Virus record (IMG/VR): IMGVR_UViG_3300049844_000087
Span: 14,423-78,422 of that record
Origin: a virus
Lineage: Duplodnaviria > Caudoviricetes
Length of the DNA stretch: 64,000 nucleotides
Strand: one strand, 5' to 3'
Made by a program: the position numbers and the translations under genes. Below, one piece after another: positions 29,647 through 37,980 of the stretch. The notes beneath the pieces were generated by a model. The model made no database searches. It had not been told where the DNA came from and saw only the letters and a list, made by a program, of their open reading frames with translations. Each line of letters opens with the position of its first letter. The stretch's first letter is position 1.

Positions 29647-29666
29647 GAGTAATGCTAAGTTGTCAA
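29638..29666 (-). promoter_or_regulatory. sigma70-like promoter for the HTH gene / late module, leaderless
   Basis: TTGACA-17-TAACTT; -10 ends 6 nt before ATG 29631. Confidence 0.65.
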
Positions 29667-29680
29667 GTTCACTCATGTTT

Positions 29681-29695
29681 TAACGCACTGCGTCA
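29681..29695. promoter_or_regulatory. Palindrome TAACGCA-C-TGCGTCA (second operator family)
   Basis: Matches copies at 48415, 48537 and 48675. Confidence 0.55.
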
Positions 29696-29974
29696 ACCTG
29701 TAATTGTTATATCGGACTTGACAGTCGTTTAAAAAATCCTTTACTTTGAGGGGTAGGGGAGTCTTATTCACCTATTGCTACTAAATACTCAGAACTTAAA
29801 TAATACTCTGAATGTATAAGATCAGAGTATTAATACTCTGTTATCCATTTTCGCAGGAATTCGACATATTTCAAATTCCTAGCACCCAAAGGTTTGTTCC
29901 GCCGCTCGGCCATGTAAAATTTACCTATTTTATTTTTCTATTGACTAAAAACGAGAATCCGCAGAAGATAAGTT

Positions 29975-30148
29975 TGTGTGGCAGCGGAAGTTTAGCAGGA
30001 TTCGGTTTGTTACCGAGGAGCGAGCCGCCCTGACCAGAAAGCTCGTAAAACCGCCTGTCTGCTAGTTCAGCAGGTTGAGTGAGTACACCTGATAGGGTTC
30101 GCTTAGGGTGTAAAAGCGGCAAGTCGGAGTATGCGTCCGACCCACACA
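29975..30148 (+). ncRNA. Candidate structured ncRNA with tRNA-top-half-like end
   Basis: TGTGTGG(29975-81)/CCACACA(30142-48) closing stem stacked on GTCGGA-7nt-TCCGAC; five further nested helices. Confidence 0.5.
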
Positions 30149-30169
30149 CTTTAGTTTGTTTTAAAATTA

Positions 30170-30247
30170 TGCGGGATGGACTGGAAGTAGTGCCAGCTTA
30201 GGCTCATAACCTAAACGATGTGAGTGCAAGTCTCACTCCCGCAACCA
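30170..30247 (+). tRNA. tRNA with CAT anticodon, initiator(fMet)-like
   Basis: TGCGGGA/TCCCGCA acceptor plus ACCA; TTAGG-CTCATAA-CCTAA anticodon arm; GTGAG-TGCAAGT-CTCAC T arm. Confidence 0.9.
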
Positions 30248-30316
30248 GTCCACAACAGCCAGTGTTGGTCCGAGCTGGAGGAAGAGTGGGTTTCGGACCC
30301 CATTTTGAGGAGAGGT

Positions 30317-31231
30317 ATGGGAGCGGGATTTAAAGTTAGATCGAATAAACAGAAGCCCAAAGTCAAAGGGCAGTTTAGAGTTTGGGCAGATGGATCTATT
30401 TCTGCACAAAAAACTCCAATAGATAGTTTTAATTTTGTAATGCACTACGGTGCTCCTGCCGTATGGGAAGGAATTAGAAGTTATCGCAAAGCCGATGGGA
30501 CAACGCACATTTGGCTTTTAAAGCAGCACATCGTTAGACTTTTCAATTCAGCAAAAATTCTTAATATCGAAATTCCTTATTCAGTTGAACAGTTAGTCGA
30601 AGCTTGTAACGAAGTTGTAGAAGCTGCTGGTGGCGGAGATTTATATTTACGTCCGATTGCTTATGCCACACAAGACGCAGAATCCGTTCGTGCGCAGACA
30701 ACGAGAATAGCTGTAGATATTTACTGTTTTCCAATTAATCCGCCTAACAGAGAAGCTGGAATAAAAGCAAGAATTTCATCCACTCCTCGTGGGTATCCGA
30801 ATTATCACATGCAAGCAAAAACTACTGCAAACTACGCTGTGCTACACAATTGTAAAAATGAGTTTCAAGGTGTAGACGAAGTTTTGTTTTGTGACAACGA
30901 GGGGTATGTGGTAGAAGCTTCGGTAGCAAATCTTTTCATAGTGAAACAAGGCGTAGTGTTTACGCCTCCACAAACAGGCTCGATTCTTTCTGGACTAACT
31001 CGACAATGGGTTGCACAAAAACTGGCCGAATTAAATATCCCAGTTATAGAACGACGATTAACTAGACCAGACGTTTTTACAGCAGATGAAGTTTTTATTA
31101 CTGGAACGTATGTTGAAACGGCTGGATTGATTGAAGTAGACGGTAGGGTAATAGGTTCGGGTGAACCTGGACAGATTTCACGAATGATTCGTTTTGAACT
31201 TTCAAAAGCAACAAGAGGAATTGAACGATGA
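30317..31231 (+). CDS. ilvE: Branched-chain amino-acid aminotransferase (class IV PLP enzyme)
   Basis: MHYG..VWEGIRSY, YLRP, AKTTANY (PLP Lys), EASVANLF, ILSGLTR, ADEVFITGT; ATG 30317 after GAGGAGAGG. Confidence 0.88.
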   Translation: MGAGFKVRSNKQKPKVKGQFRVWADGSISAQKTPIDSFNFVMHYGAPAVWEGIRSYRKADGTTHIWLLKQHIVRLFNSAKILNIEIPYSVEQLVEACNEVVEAAGGGDLYLRPIAYATQDAESVRAQTTRIAVDIYCFPINPPNREAGIKARISSTPRGYPNYHMQAKTTANYAVLHNCKNEFQGVDEVLFCDNEGYVVEASVANLFIVKQGVVFTPPQTGSILSGLTRQWVAQKLAELNIPVIERRLTRPDVFTADEVFITGTYVETAGLIEVDGRVIGSGEPGQISRMIRFELSKATRGIER

Positions 31232-31509
31232 TAAATATTGAACTTGTGGATACAAACGAACAACCAAACTTAAAGACTATCGCTTTGCGAGAATCTAACT
31301 TGTGGATGGAGCCGACGACCGTAAAAAGTGATATGGACTTTTGGGTTAAGCGGTTTAAAAGCGAAAAGATTCCATTCGTGCTAGTCAAATATGACACCGA
31401 ATTGATGAATGAACGAAAAGAAAAAATGTATCGAAGAGTTTATGGATTATTTATTGATATGAAATCTTGGGAGAAGCAACATGATGAATGTAAAACCAAT
31501 AAGTCTTGA
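31228..31509 (+). CDS. Hypothetical protein
   Basis: Overlapping stop/start in operon. Confidence 0.6.
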   Translation: MINIELVDTNEQPNLKTIALRESNLWMEPTTVKSDMDFWVKRFKSEKIPFVLVKYDTELMNERKEKMYRRVYGLFIDMKSWEKQHDECKTNKS

Positions 31510-32017
31510 AAGTAAAGAAACTTGGAAAACTAAGCTCACTGAGCTTTTTTGGCCAGTTGTGAGATTTTACAGAAAGGTAGCTAGGTCTTTGGCTTTTGCT
31601 AGAATCGGATGGAATAACTACGATTGGGATCATGCCTATCTTTTAAAACTCATGATTTTTAAAATGAAGCGTATGCAAAAGGCGTGCTTTGAGGAAGGGC
31701 ATCATATTCCAGAAAAATTGCCACAGCAAAGTCTCAGGTTGTGTATAAAACTTGGAGAGAAGCTTCTAGAAGATGATTACTTCTATTTCACAGGTTTGCA
31801 TAACGAGAAGTGGGGTGACATTGAATTCATCGAGAAAGTGGACCAAGAAGGTCGCAAATACACTGGAATGGGAAGACCAGGAGTACCGCCGGAAAAAGAA
31901 GCAGAAGAACGAGCAGAGTTTGTGGAAGCATATAAAAAAGACGATTCAGTTAAAGCTCGGGACACTCGTTGGTTTTTTGGGATTATGGCGAAGTATCAAG
32001 AGTCATGGTGGGATTAA
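31481..32017 (+). CDS. Conserved phage hypothetical protein
   Basis: YDWDHAYLLKL...K..RM...ESWWD pattern. Confidence 0.65.
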   Translation: MMNVKPISLESKETWKTKLTELFWPVVRFYRKVARSLAFARIGWNNYDWDHAYLLKLMIFKMKRMQKACFEEGHHIPEKLPQQSLRLCIKLGEKLLEDDYFYFTGLHNEKWGDIEFIEKVDQEGRKYTGMGRPGVPPEKEAEERAEFVEAYKKDDSVKARDTRWFFGIMAKYQESWWD

Positions 32018-32027
32018 GGAGAAAAAT

Positions 32028-32216
32028 ATGAAGCAAAGAATTAAGAAATCAGAATTTGTTGGAAAGTGTATGGACCTTGCGGAGAAGCTTACTCGCAAAG
32101 AACATAACTTGCGAGAAGAATCACATCTAAGTCATCAGCACTGGTTGTTTAGAAATGGAGCTATGGCTATGGCGGTTGAATTGCTAAAAGAGCAATATGA
32201 AGTTGTAGAGGACTAA
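32028..32216 (+). CDS. Hypothetical protein
   Basis: ATG 32028 after AAGGAG (3' part of track ORF 31773). Confidence 0.55.
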   Translation: MKQRIKKSEFVGKCMDLAEKLTRKEHNLREESHLSHQHWLFRNGAMAMAVELLKEQYEVVED

Positions 32217-32217
32217 A

Positions 32218-32892
32218 ATGAAAGTCAAGCTTATTGCTAAAACTATAATCTGTGACGAAGAAGTAAAAGCTGCTTTGAACGGTTTTGATAACCCTGAGCA
32301 GTTGGTGATGTATTGCGCCAGAGTGTCAAATCCCAATAATCAGAATTCTGGTAAACCAGGACTTTTGAAGTATTGTCTGGAGCATGGCCACGTTTCTATT
32401 TTTGAAATGGGAAATATGGTTTTTGAGATTGAGACTTCTCGGGCAATTGCCGCCCAGATACTCAGACACCGTTCGTTCTCTTTTCAAGAGTTCAGTCAGC
32501 GTTATGCAGAAGCGCAGAACATCGAAGTTTACGAAGCTAGAAGCCAAGATCCTAAAAATCGTCAAAACTCTAAAGACGACATGACTGATGAAGAAAAGGC
32601 TTGGTTTATTCACGCTCAGAAAAAGCACAATGAGAATTGCATAAAGCTTTACAAAGAAGCTCTTGCTAGGGGAGTAGCTAAGGAACAGGCGAGATTTTTG
32701 TTGCCGCTTTCTACTACGACGAAACTCTACATGAACGGTTCACTTCGCTCATGGATTCACTATCTAGCTCTGCGCACTGGAAACGGCACGCAAAAGGAGC
32801 ACCAGGAAATAGCTTTAGCGATTCGGGAGATTTTTGTAAAAGAACTCCCTACTATTGGGGAGGCGCTCGGATGGACGACCAAGGCGGAATAA
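32218..32892 (+). CDS. thyX: Flavin-dependent thymidylate synthase
   Basis: ARVS, H.SIFE, QILRHRSFSFQEFSQRY signature, EQARFLLP, NGSLRSWIHY. Confidence 0.97.
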   Translation: MKVKLIAKTIICDEEVKAALNGFDNPEQLVMYCARVSNPNNQNSGKPGLLKYCLEHGHVSIFEMGNMVFEIETSRAIAAQILRHRSFSFQEFSQRYAEAQNIEVYEARSQDPKNRQNSKDDMTDEEKAWFIHAQKKHNENCIKLYKEALARGVAKEQARFLLPLSTTTKLYMNGSLRSWIHYLALRTGNGTQKEHQEIALAIREIFVKELPTIGEALGWTTKAE

Positions 32893-33080
32893 ACGATCCA
32901 AAGGTCATCATGACTAAAACAGACCTTGAAATGATTAGGTCTCAGGCCATTAGGCTCTATGTGGATCTTAATCCGCAAAAGCTAAAGATGGATGATTCTC
33001 AATTTAGGACATATTGTTATGTCCAAGCAGTACAGGCGTGGCTCAGAACGAGAGGGCTTTTAAAAATAATTATTGACTAA
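32871..33080 (+). CDS. Hypothetical protein
   Basis: ATG 32871 after GGGGAGG. Confidence 0.5.
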   Translation: MDDQGGINDPKVIMTKTDLEMIRSQAIRLYVDLNPQKLKMDDSQFRTYCYVQAVQAWLRTRGLLKIIID

Positions 33081-33117
33081 TTTTGTAGGCTATGACAGTA
33101 TGGAAACAGGAGGACTC

Positions 33118-33363
33118 ATGAATAAATGGAAAACTTGCAACCATAACTGGAAAGCCGTAGCAGTGTACTCCGTGTACGGAACTGTCTACCAAGACGAATG
33201 CACTGAATGTGGGTGTATCGGGGTTCTAGCAGAGGAACCGGATGAGCATGGTTTTTATAAAATCGTAGCTCAACCTATGGCAGACGTAATTGATTTAAAC
33301 GAATATAGAAAGAGAAAGGAACAAAAGAATGTCCAACCAAGCAAAGAAACTGTCGGCGGCTGA
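33118..33363 (+). CDS. Small Zn-ribbon-like protein
   Basis: CNH...CTECG; ATG 33118 after AGGAGG. Confidence 0.55.
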   Translation: MNKWKTCNHNWKAVAVYSVYGTVYQDECTECGCIGVLAEEPDEHGFYKIVAQPMADVIDLNEYRKRKEQKNVQPSKETVGG

Positions 33364-33628
33364 TGCAATTGTTATAGCAAAGAAAAACTCGCTCGCTCGT
33401 AAGCAAAAAGTTGCCCGAGGGTTGAGACAACTTTGTTTTGAAAAAATCGGAGAAATGGTAGCTAATGGAGTAGTGAGTGTTTACGTTCCGATGAACGAAG
33501 AACAACACTTCTGGGGTTTGGCGATTATTCAGAAAGAACTAGAAGACCTTGGCTATAAAGTTATCTTGCACGAAGATGAAGAGAGCGAAACTCCTGATTT
33601 GGAACTCTCAATTGAACACTTGAAATGA
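33329..33628 (+). CDS. Hypothetical protein
   Basis: 99-aa ORF in operon. Confidence 0.6.
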   Translation: MSNQAKKLSAADAIVIAKKNSLARKQKVARGLRQLCFEKIGEMVANGVVSVYVPMNEEQHFWGLAIIQKELEDLGYKVILHEDEESETPDLELSIEHLK

Positions 33629-33635
33629 GGACTAA

Positions 33636-34472
33636 ATGAATGTCGATTACGAATTCCTTGGTGGACAAAATTCTGACGAAACCGTAAGAGCCTATAAAAC
33701 GGATCTTGAGCAGTTTCAAGTTATTGCTGGTGGAGAGTTGACTAGAGGCGGAGTCATCCTTTTTAGGGATGAGTTGCTCAAACAAGGACTGTCCCCTTCT
33801 ACAGTTGCCCGAAAGATGTCTACAATTCGTAGTTACTGTGAATTCCTGCGAGGCCAAGGAAAACTTAGCATTGATCCCTTTGCTGGCGTCAAAGCACCTA
33901 AAGTGTCAGTGTCCGAGCCTACTCAAGCTTTTACCGACGATGAAGTTCGTAAAATGTTCAAAGTAGTAGAGAAGACGCAAAAACCAGTAGAGCGTGAGCG
34001 AGATAAGCTGGTATTGGGATTTTTGTTTTATGCAGGATTGCGCAGATCAGAGATTGCTAGTCTAAAATTCTCTGACATCAAAGAACTTGAAGGCCAAATA
34101 GTTATTCGAGTATTTGGTAAAGGCGGAAAGTACAGAATGATTCCTGCGCACCCAAAGCTCGCCGAAATGCTGTTACCACATTTGGTAAGCACTCCGTTGT
34201 GGCCTAAAGCATCCGATAGATCCCTTCTAGATATTAGCGGCGGAACAATTTACGCCATTGTAAAGAAATATGCAAAAATGGTTGGAGTTACGAGAAGCGT
34301 GTCTCCTCACTCTTGCAGAGCAACGGCAATCTCTCAGTTGTTAGAAAACGGAGAATCGCCAAGAAACGTTGCAGATTTTGCAGGTCATGCCAGTGTCAAT
34401 ACGACTATTGGCTCTTATGACAAAAAACGAGATGGAATTAAAAACAGCGCAGCAATGAAGTTGCGATTTTAA
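33636..34472 (+). CDS. Tyrosine recombinase (XerC/D-like)
   Basis: SAM-like N-domain (T..RKMSTIRSY..FL); YAGLRRSE, GKGGK, HSCR, GHAS..TT..Y catalytic set. Confidence 0.93.
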   Translation: MNVDYEFLGGQNSDETVRAYKTDLEQFQVIAGGELTRGGVILFRDELLKQGLSPSTVARKMSTIRSYCEFLRGQGKLSIDPFAGVKAPKVSVSEPTQAFTDDEVRKMFKVVEKTQKPVERERDKLVLGFLFYAGLRRSEIASLKFSDIKELEGQIVIRVFGKGGKYRMIPAHPKLAEMLLPHLVSTPLWPKASDRSLLDISGGTIYAIVKKYAKMVGVTRSVSPHSCRATAISQLLENGESPRNVADFAGHASVNTTIGSYDKKRDGIKNSAAMKLRF

Positions 34473-34484
34473 GAAAGGCACAAA

Positions 34485-35054
34485 ATGAAATATCTAGTTT
34501 TGGATACGGAGACCGGAGGATTTGAAGGCACTTCGTTACTTACTGCTTATTTTTCCGTGCATGATGAAGTTTTCAACGAGTTAGATACTATGCTCTTGGA
34601 AATGAAGCCAGAAGACGGAAAATACATCGTTACCGCAGAAGCTCTAAGAATTAATGGAATTGATTTGAAATTGCACGATCAAAGGGCAATTACTTATAAA
34701 GAGGCTGGAACTAGGCTCTACAACTTCTTAAACGGAAATTCTGTACTAGGCTCAGACAAACTCATTCCAGTTGGTCACAACGTTCAGTTTGACATTCAAA
34801 AGTTGCTTGAGTTCTTGATGAGCAAGCAGACGTGGCAAAAGTTTGTTTCTTATAGAACTATGGACACCGGAGTGATTGCTAGAGCTTGTATTCAAGCAGG
34901 TCTATTGCCGTCTTCAATCTCTGGAAGTTTGGGTTCTATTGCTGAGCATTTTAAGATCGACACTACGCAAGCGCACACGGCAGATCATGATGTTTTTATG
35001 ACTGTTACAGTTCTTGAAAAAATGTTGGAGTTGATGCGCAATGGAAAACGATGA
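34485..35054 (+). CDS. DEDDh 3'-5' exonuclease
   Basis: VLDTETGG, GHNVQFD, MDT, HTADHDV. Confidence 0.9.
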   Translation: MKYLVLDTETGGFEGTSLLTAYFSVHDEVFNELDTMLLEMKPEDGKYIVTAEALRINGIDLKLHDQRAITYKEAGTRLYNFLNGNSVLGSDKLIPVGHNVQFDIQKLLEFLMSKQTWQKFVSYRTMDTGVIARACIQAGLLPSSISGSLGSIAEHFKIDTTQAHTADHDVFMTVTVLEKMLELMRNGKR

Positions 35055-35490
35055 TCTGTATAAGTTAGTCCTACATCCTAACACTTCTCTGAAAGAAAAA
35101 CTTTCAGAGGAGGTCCATTGGGTGACTGATGAACATAAAGCTATAGCAGAGAAGATGCTACGCACTATGTATGCAAAGAAGGGCTGTGGCCTTTCTACGC
35201 CGCAGGTAGGACTTAAGATCAGATTAATCGTGTACGATGCAGGAGACGGTCCTAAAGTTATGTTTAATCCCTTTATCACCAATCGCTTACCTAAAAAGGA
35301 ACGTGCGGGAGAGGGGTGTTTAAGTTTTCCAAAATTGGGCATTTTTGTTCAACGTTTCAAAACCATTCTAGTTCGTTATAGAGGTTTAGATAATATTGTG
35401 CGAGAAGAACAATTTTCTGATTTTGAAGCTAGAATCATCCAGCATGAAATAGATCATCTCGATGGAATAACTTTCTTACAAAGGAAATAA
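35041..35490 (+). CDS. def: Peptide deformylase
   Basis: GCGLSTPQVG, EGCLS, QHEIDHLDG. Confidence 0.93.
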   Translation: MENDDLYKLVLHPNTSLKEKLSEEVHWVTDEHKAIAEKMLRTMYAKKGCGLSTPQVGLKIRLIVYDAGDGPKVMFNPFITNRLPKKERAGEGCLSFPKLGIFVQRFKTILVRYRGLDNIVREEQFSDFEARIIQHEIDHLDGITFLQRK

Positions 35491-35491
35491 T

Positions 35492-35749
35492 ATGGCTGAG
35501 CAAGTTTTTGTAAAACCTACAGATGTACTTTCGGCACCAAAGCTTTTGAAGCTTTTGTCCGATACAGTAGAAAAACTTCGTAATCAAATCGTCACCGAGA
35601 CTGATGAAACTAAGCGGTATGCTCTCGGCGGTGCAGCAGAAATGCTAGTTGATTTGCACAACGTAATTCTAGAAGATATTAAAAAGCAAAGACTCACAGA
35701 AAGCTTCGATGACAATTCAGGCCGAGGCGATGGGCACTTTGATGCTTAA
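35492..35749 (+). CDS. Hypothetical protein
   Basis: 85-aa ORF in operon. Confidence 0.55.
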   Translation: MAEQVFVKPTDVLSAPKLLKLLSDTVEKLRNQIVTETDETKRYALGGAAEMLVDLHNVILEDIKKQRLTESFDDNSGRGDGHFDA

Positions 35750-36107
35750 GCTTTTGTTGGTAGGCGACAAGCCATCAAAAAAGAACAAAGATCCAAACGT
35801 TGCGTTTGTTGGCACAGCTTCGCACAAGCGCATTCAAGAATGGCTCAATAAAATTCTGACTTCAAAAGCTAAGATTCTAATGGTCAATAGGGTAGATCCA
35901 CAGTTTCATAGAACCCTTATTCACGCCACGCTTAATCAATATAAAATTGTAGCGTTGGGTAATGAGGCCGCTCAAGCTTTAGTTGAGTATGGCATTGTTA
36001 ATTTTTTCAAATTACCCCATCCATCGGGTAAAAATAGAAAACTTAACAATAAAGCTTTTGTAGCTGCTGAGTTGGCTAATTGCAAAACCTGGATAGAAGG
36101 GGATTAG
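35742..36107 (+). CDS. Minimal uracil-DNA-glycosylase-superfamily protein
   Basis: LLLVGDKPS...F.G.AS..RI..W...IVALG..A...LPHPSG (motifs A and B). Confidence 0.7.
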   Translation: MLKLLLVGDKPSKKNKDPNVAFVGTASHKRIQEWLNKILTSKAKILMVNRVDPQFHRTLIHATLNQYKIVALGNEAAQALVEYGIVNFFKLPHPSGKNRKLNNKAFVAAELANCKTWIEGD

Positions 36108-36436
36108 AAATCTATGCGGAAGTTTACTGTAGTTTCTTTTTCGCCAACAGTCATTCGTATAGATGAGTTTTTAATGCTTGGGTTTGGAATGGCTATTGTG
36201 GCACTTCTTCTTGCAACTATTTGTGCGGTATATCCAGCTACGGCAGCCGCCATTTCGACTTCTGCTGAAGGATCTATGTACTGTATGACATCTCGTTCGG
36301 TTCTCTTGGCAACTCTTTCAAAAGCTCCAGCAAAACCACTTTGCGCCGCACCTTGTTCTAAGGCAGCTTTACAAGCGTCCGTGTATGTCGGACCTGTGTT
36401 TACGCATAATGCAACTATTAAAGGCGATAACGTCAT
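36104..36436 (-). CDS. Lone antisense gene, possibly exported protein
   Basis: Hydrophobic N-terminus MTLSPLIVALC, ends in alternating beta strand VNFRIDF; fills the gap between plus genes exactly. Confidence 0.5.
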   Translation of the reverse strand: MTLSPLIVALCVNTGPTYTDACKAALEQGAAQSGFAGAFERVAKRTERDVIQYIDPSAEVEMAAAVAGYTAQIVARRSATIAIPNPSIKNSSIRMTVGEKETTVNFRIDF

Positions 36437-36453
36437 AGTAAAAGGATACCACA

Positions 36454-36651
36454 ATGAAAATTATTAGAAAAGCACTTTGGGGAATTGTTCTCATTTTGAT
36501 ATTAACGAATGTGTGTTTGGAGTTTTGGCATCGTGGCTTTGATTCTGGTTACAGTATGGCGATGTCCGATGTGTTGCTTCAAATTGAGACACCTGAAAAT
36601 TATTTCATAAAAAAGTTTGACATACAGATACCTCGTAGAGTACAACAATAA
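36454..36651 (+). CDS. Small membrane protein
   Basis: N-terminal TM helix. Confidence 0.5.
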   Translation: MKIIRKALWGIVLILILTNVCLEFWHRGFDSGYSMAMSDVLLQIETPENYFIKKFDIQIPRRVQQ

Positions 36652-36663
36652 CAGGAGGCGGAA

Positions 36664-36927
36664 GTGATTAAAGTAAAAGGAATAGAAGATTCAGAACTTG
36701 AGTGGAACTATACTTCTCCACCTAAGTTTTACAAGAAAATCAGCAAGACTCCAGACTCAGATGGAATCTTTAAAGTAGAAGTTTTTAAGCTGAAGAGTTT
36801 TAACGTTTTCACTAAGGAAGCTGTTTATGTGAAAGCAAAGAACGAGAAAATGCGTTCTACTCTTCCAGCAGAGCAACAGTTTAATTATGCTACGCCTAAG
36901 AAACGTGGCTATGATATTGAAGATTAA
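36664..36927 (+). CDS. Hypothetical protein
   Basis: GTG start after AGGAGG. Confidence 0.6.
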   Translation: MIKVKGIEDSELEWNYTSPPKFYKKISKTPDSDGIFKVEVFKLKSFNVFTKEAVYVKAKNEKMRSTLPAEQQFNYATPKKRGYDIED

Positions 36928-36952
36928 TAACCGAAGTAACATAGGAGGGAAA

Positions 36953-37462
36953 ATGTCTACTTCAAAAACGCAGAATAATAAATTGGCCGTAACCGTAGCT
37001 GCTTCTAGCCGCTATAAAATCCAAAAGAACGGAGTTATTAAAAAACTCACGTCTAGTGGAAATTATCGTGCAATTGGCACAGAAAGGCACGGATATAACG
37101 TTATATCTGTTGGCGGTAAAAAAATCGTCACAGCTCGAATCTTGGCAGCAAAGCAGTATTTACAACTTGGCTTTTCTCCTCAGTACGTTGTCGAGCTTTT
37201 GAATAAACGAGTGGTGGTTCGCAGAAATGGTAAAAGCCTTGACGACCGAAGAGTAAATCTTACGGCTGTAACTTCTACAGCACTTGTTAGAAAAGAGACT
37301 ACAAAACGTTTAACGCAAAAACAAATTGATCGAATGGTCGAATTGTTTTTCGATGGTTACTCTGTTGCAAAAATTGCTCGTCGATTTCGACGTAAAGTCT
37401 CTCGTTCTCACATCAGTCGCATTATTCGCAAAGAACTCGGTATTGAAACGGTAGGAGCATAA
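36953..37462 (+). CDS. Degenerate NUMOD4/HNH-like protein with C-terminal HTH
   Basis: YKIQKNG.I..., RRNGKSLDDRRVNL where HxxGxxxNN..xNL is expected; LTQKQI..M..LF.DGYSVAKIARRF...SRSHISRI HTH. Confidence 0.55.
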   Translation: MSTSKTQNNKLAVTVAASSRYKIQKNGVIKKLTSSGNYRAIGTERHGYNVISVGGKKIVTARILAAKQYLQLGFSPQYVVELLNKRVVVRRNGKSLDDRRVNLTAVTSTALVRKETTKRLTQKQIDRMVELFFDGYSVAKIARRFRRKVSRSHISRIIRKELGIETVGA

Positions 37463-37463
37463 A

Positions 37464-37775
37464 ATGAAAAGCGCAAAAGGCAAAAAGAAGTCAACAGAAG
37501 AAAAAGGCCCAAATCCTTACGATTTTTCTCTGAAACGTCAAACACGTTTAGATAAAGCTGCGGCCAATACTAAACCAGCTCGTCCTGAACTAATGGCGGC
37601 TGGAATGCTTAAGGCACACGGCTTGGAGAAAGCAAAGCGAATTGTAGAGCCTTTGACAGTTACGTCCTTCAAGGATAAAGATGGCAATCCAGTTGCTCCC
37701 AACGAGTCCGCAAATTATTGGAAGCACGTCCTGCAATACCTTAACAAAGGAAAAAGGAATGCAATCGCAAGTTAA
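37464..37775 (+). CDS. Hypothetical protein
   Basis: 103-aa ORF in operon. Confidence 0.6.
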   Translation: MKSAKGKKKSTEEKGPNPYDFSLKRQTRLDKAAANTKPARPELMAAGMLKAHGLEKAKRIVEPLTVTSFKDKDGNPVAPNESANYWKHVLQYLNKGKRNAIAS

Positions 37776-37980
37776 AACTATTCAGTTCAGAATAACTACT
37801 AAAGATTTGATGGAAGTCAAGGACGCATACAATTTGTACGACACACGCTCGGCAATCAAATTTATGTTCGAGCAGCAATTTCCACAGAAAGAAGTTATTC
37901 TTGAGCACGGATTTTGCTCAGACCCTTGTCCTGTAAACTCAGATGCGGTAGTAATTACCGTGAAAGCGAGAGATAAATGA
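37759..37980 (+). CDS. Hypothetical protein
   Basis: ATG 37759 after AAGGA. Confidence 0.5.
   Translation: MQSQVKTIQFRITTKDLMEVKDAYNLYDTRSAIKFMFEQQFPQKEVILEHGFCSDPCPVNSDAVVITVKARDK

Noticed and set aside
29975-30148. tmRNA, SRP RNA or RNase P identity for the structured RNA
   Set aside because: Too short for tmRNA or RNase P, no tag reading frame or encoded CCA; no SRP CAGG/GGAA/AGCA motif
29812-30149. ORFs 29812-30033 (+) and 29925-30149 (-)
   Set aside because: Overlap the structured RNA candidate, lack SD and protein-like composition
30224-30316. N-terminal extension of the aminotransferase in the ORF track
   Set aside because: Starts inside the tRNA; strong SD supports ATG 30317
30248-30316. 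T-box riboswitch ahead of ilvE
   Set aside because: Only about 70 nt, no stem I or T-box consensus
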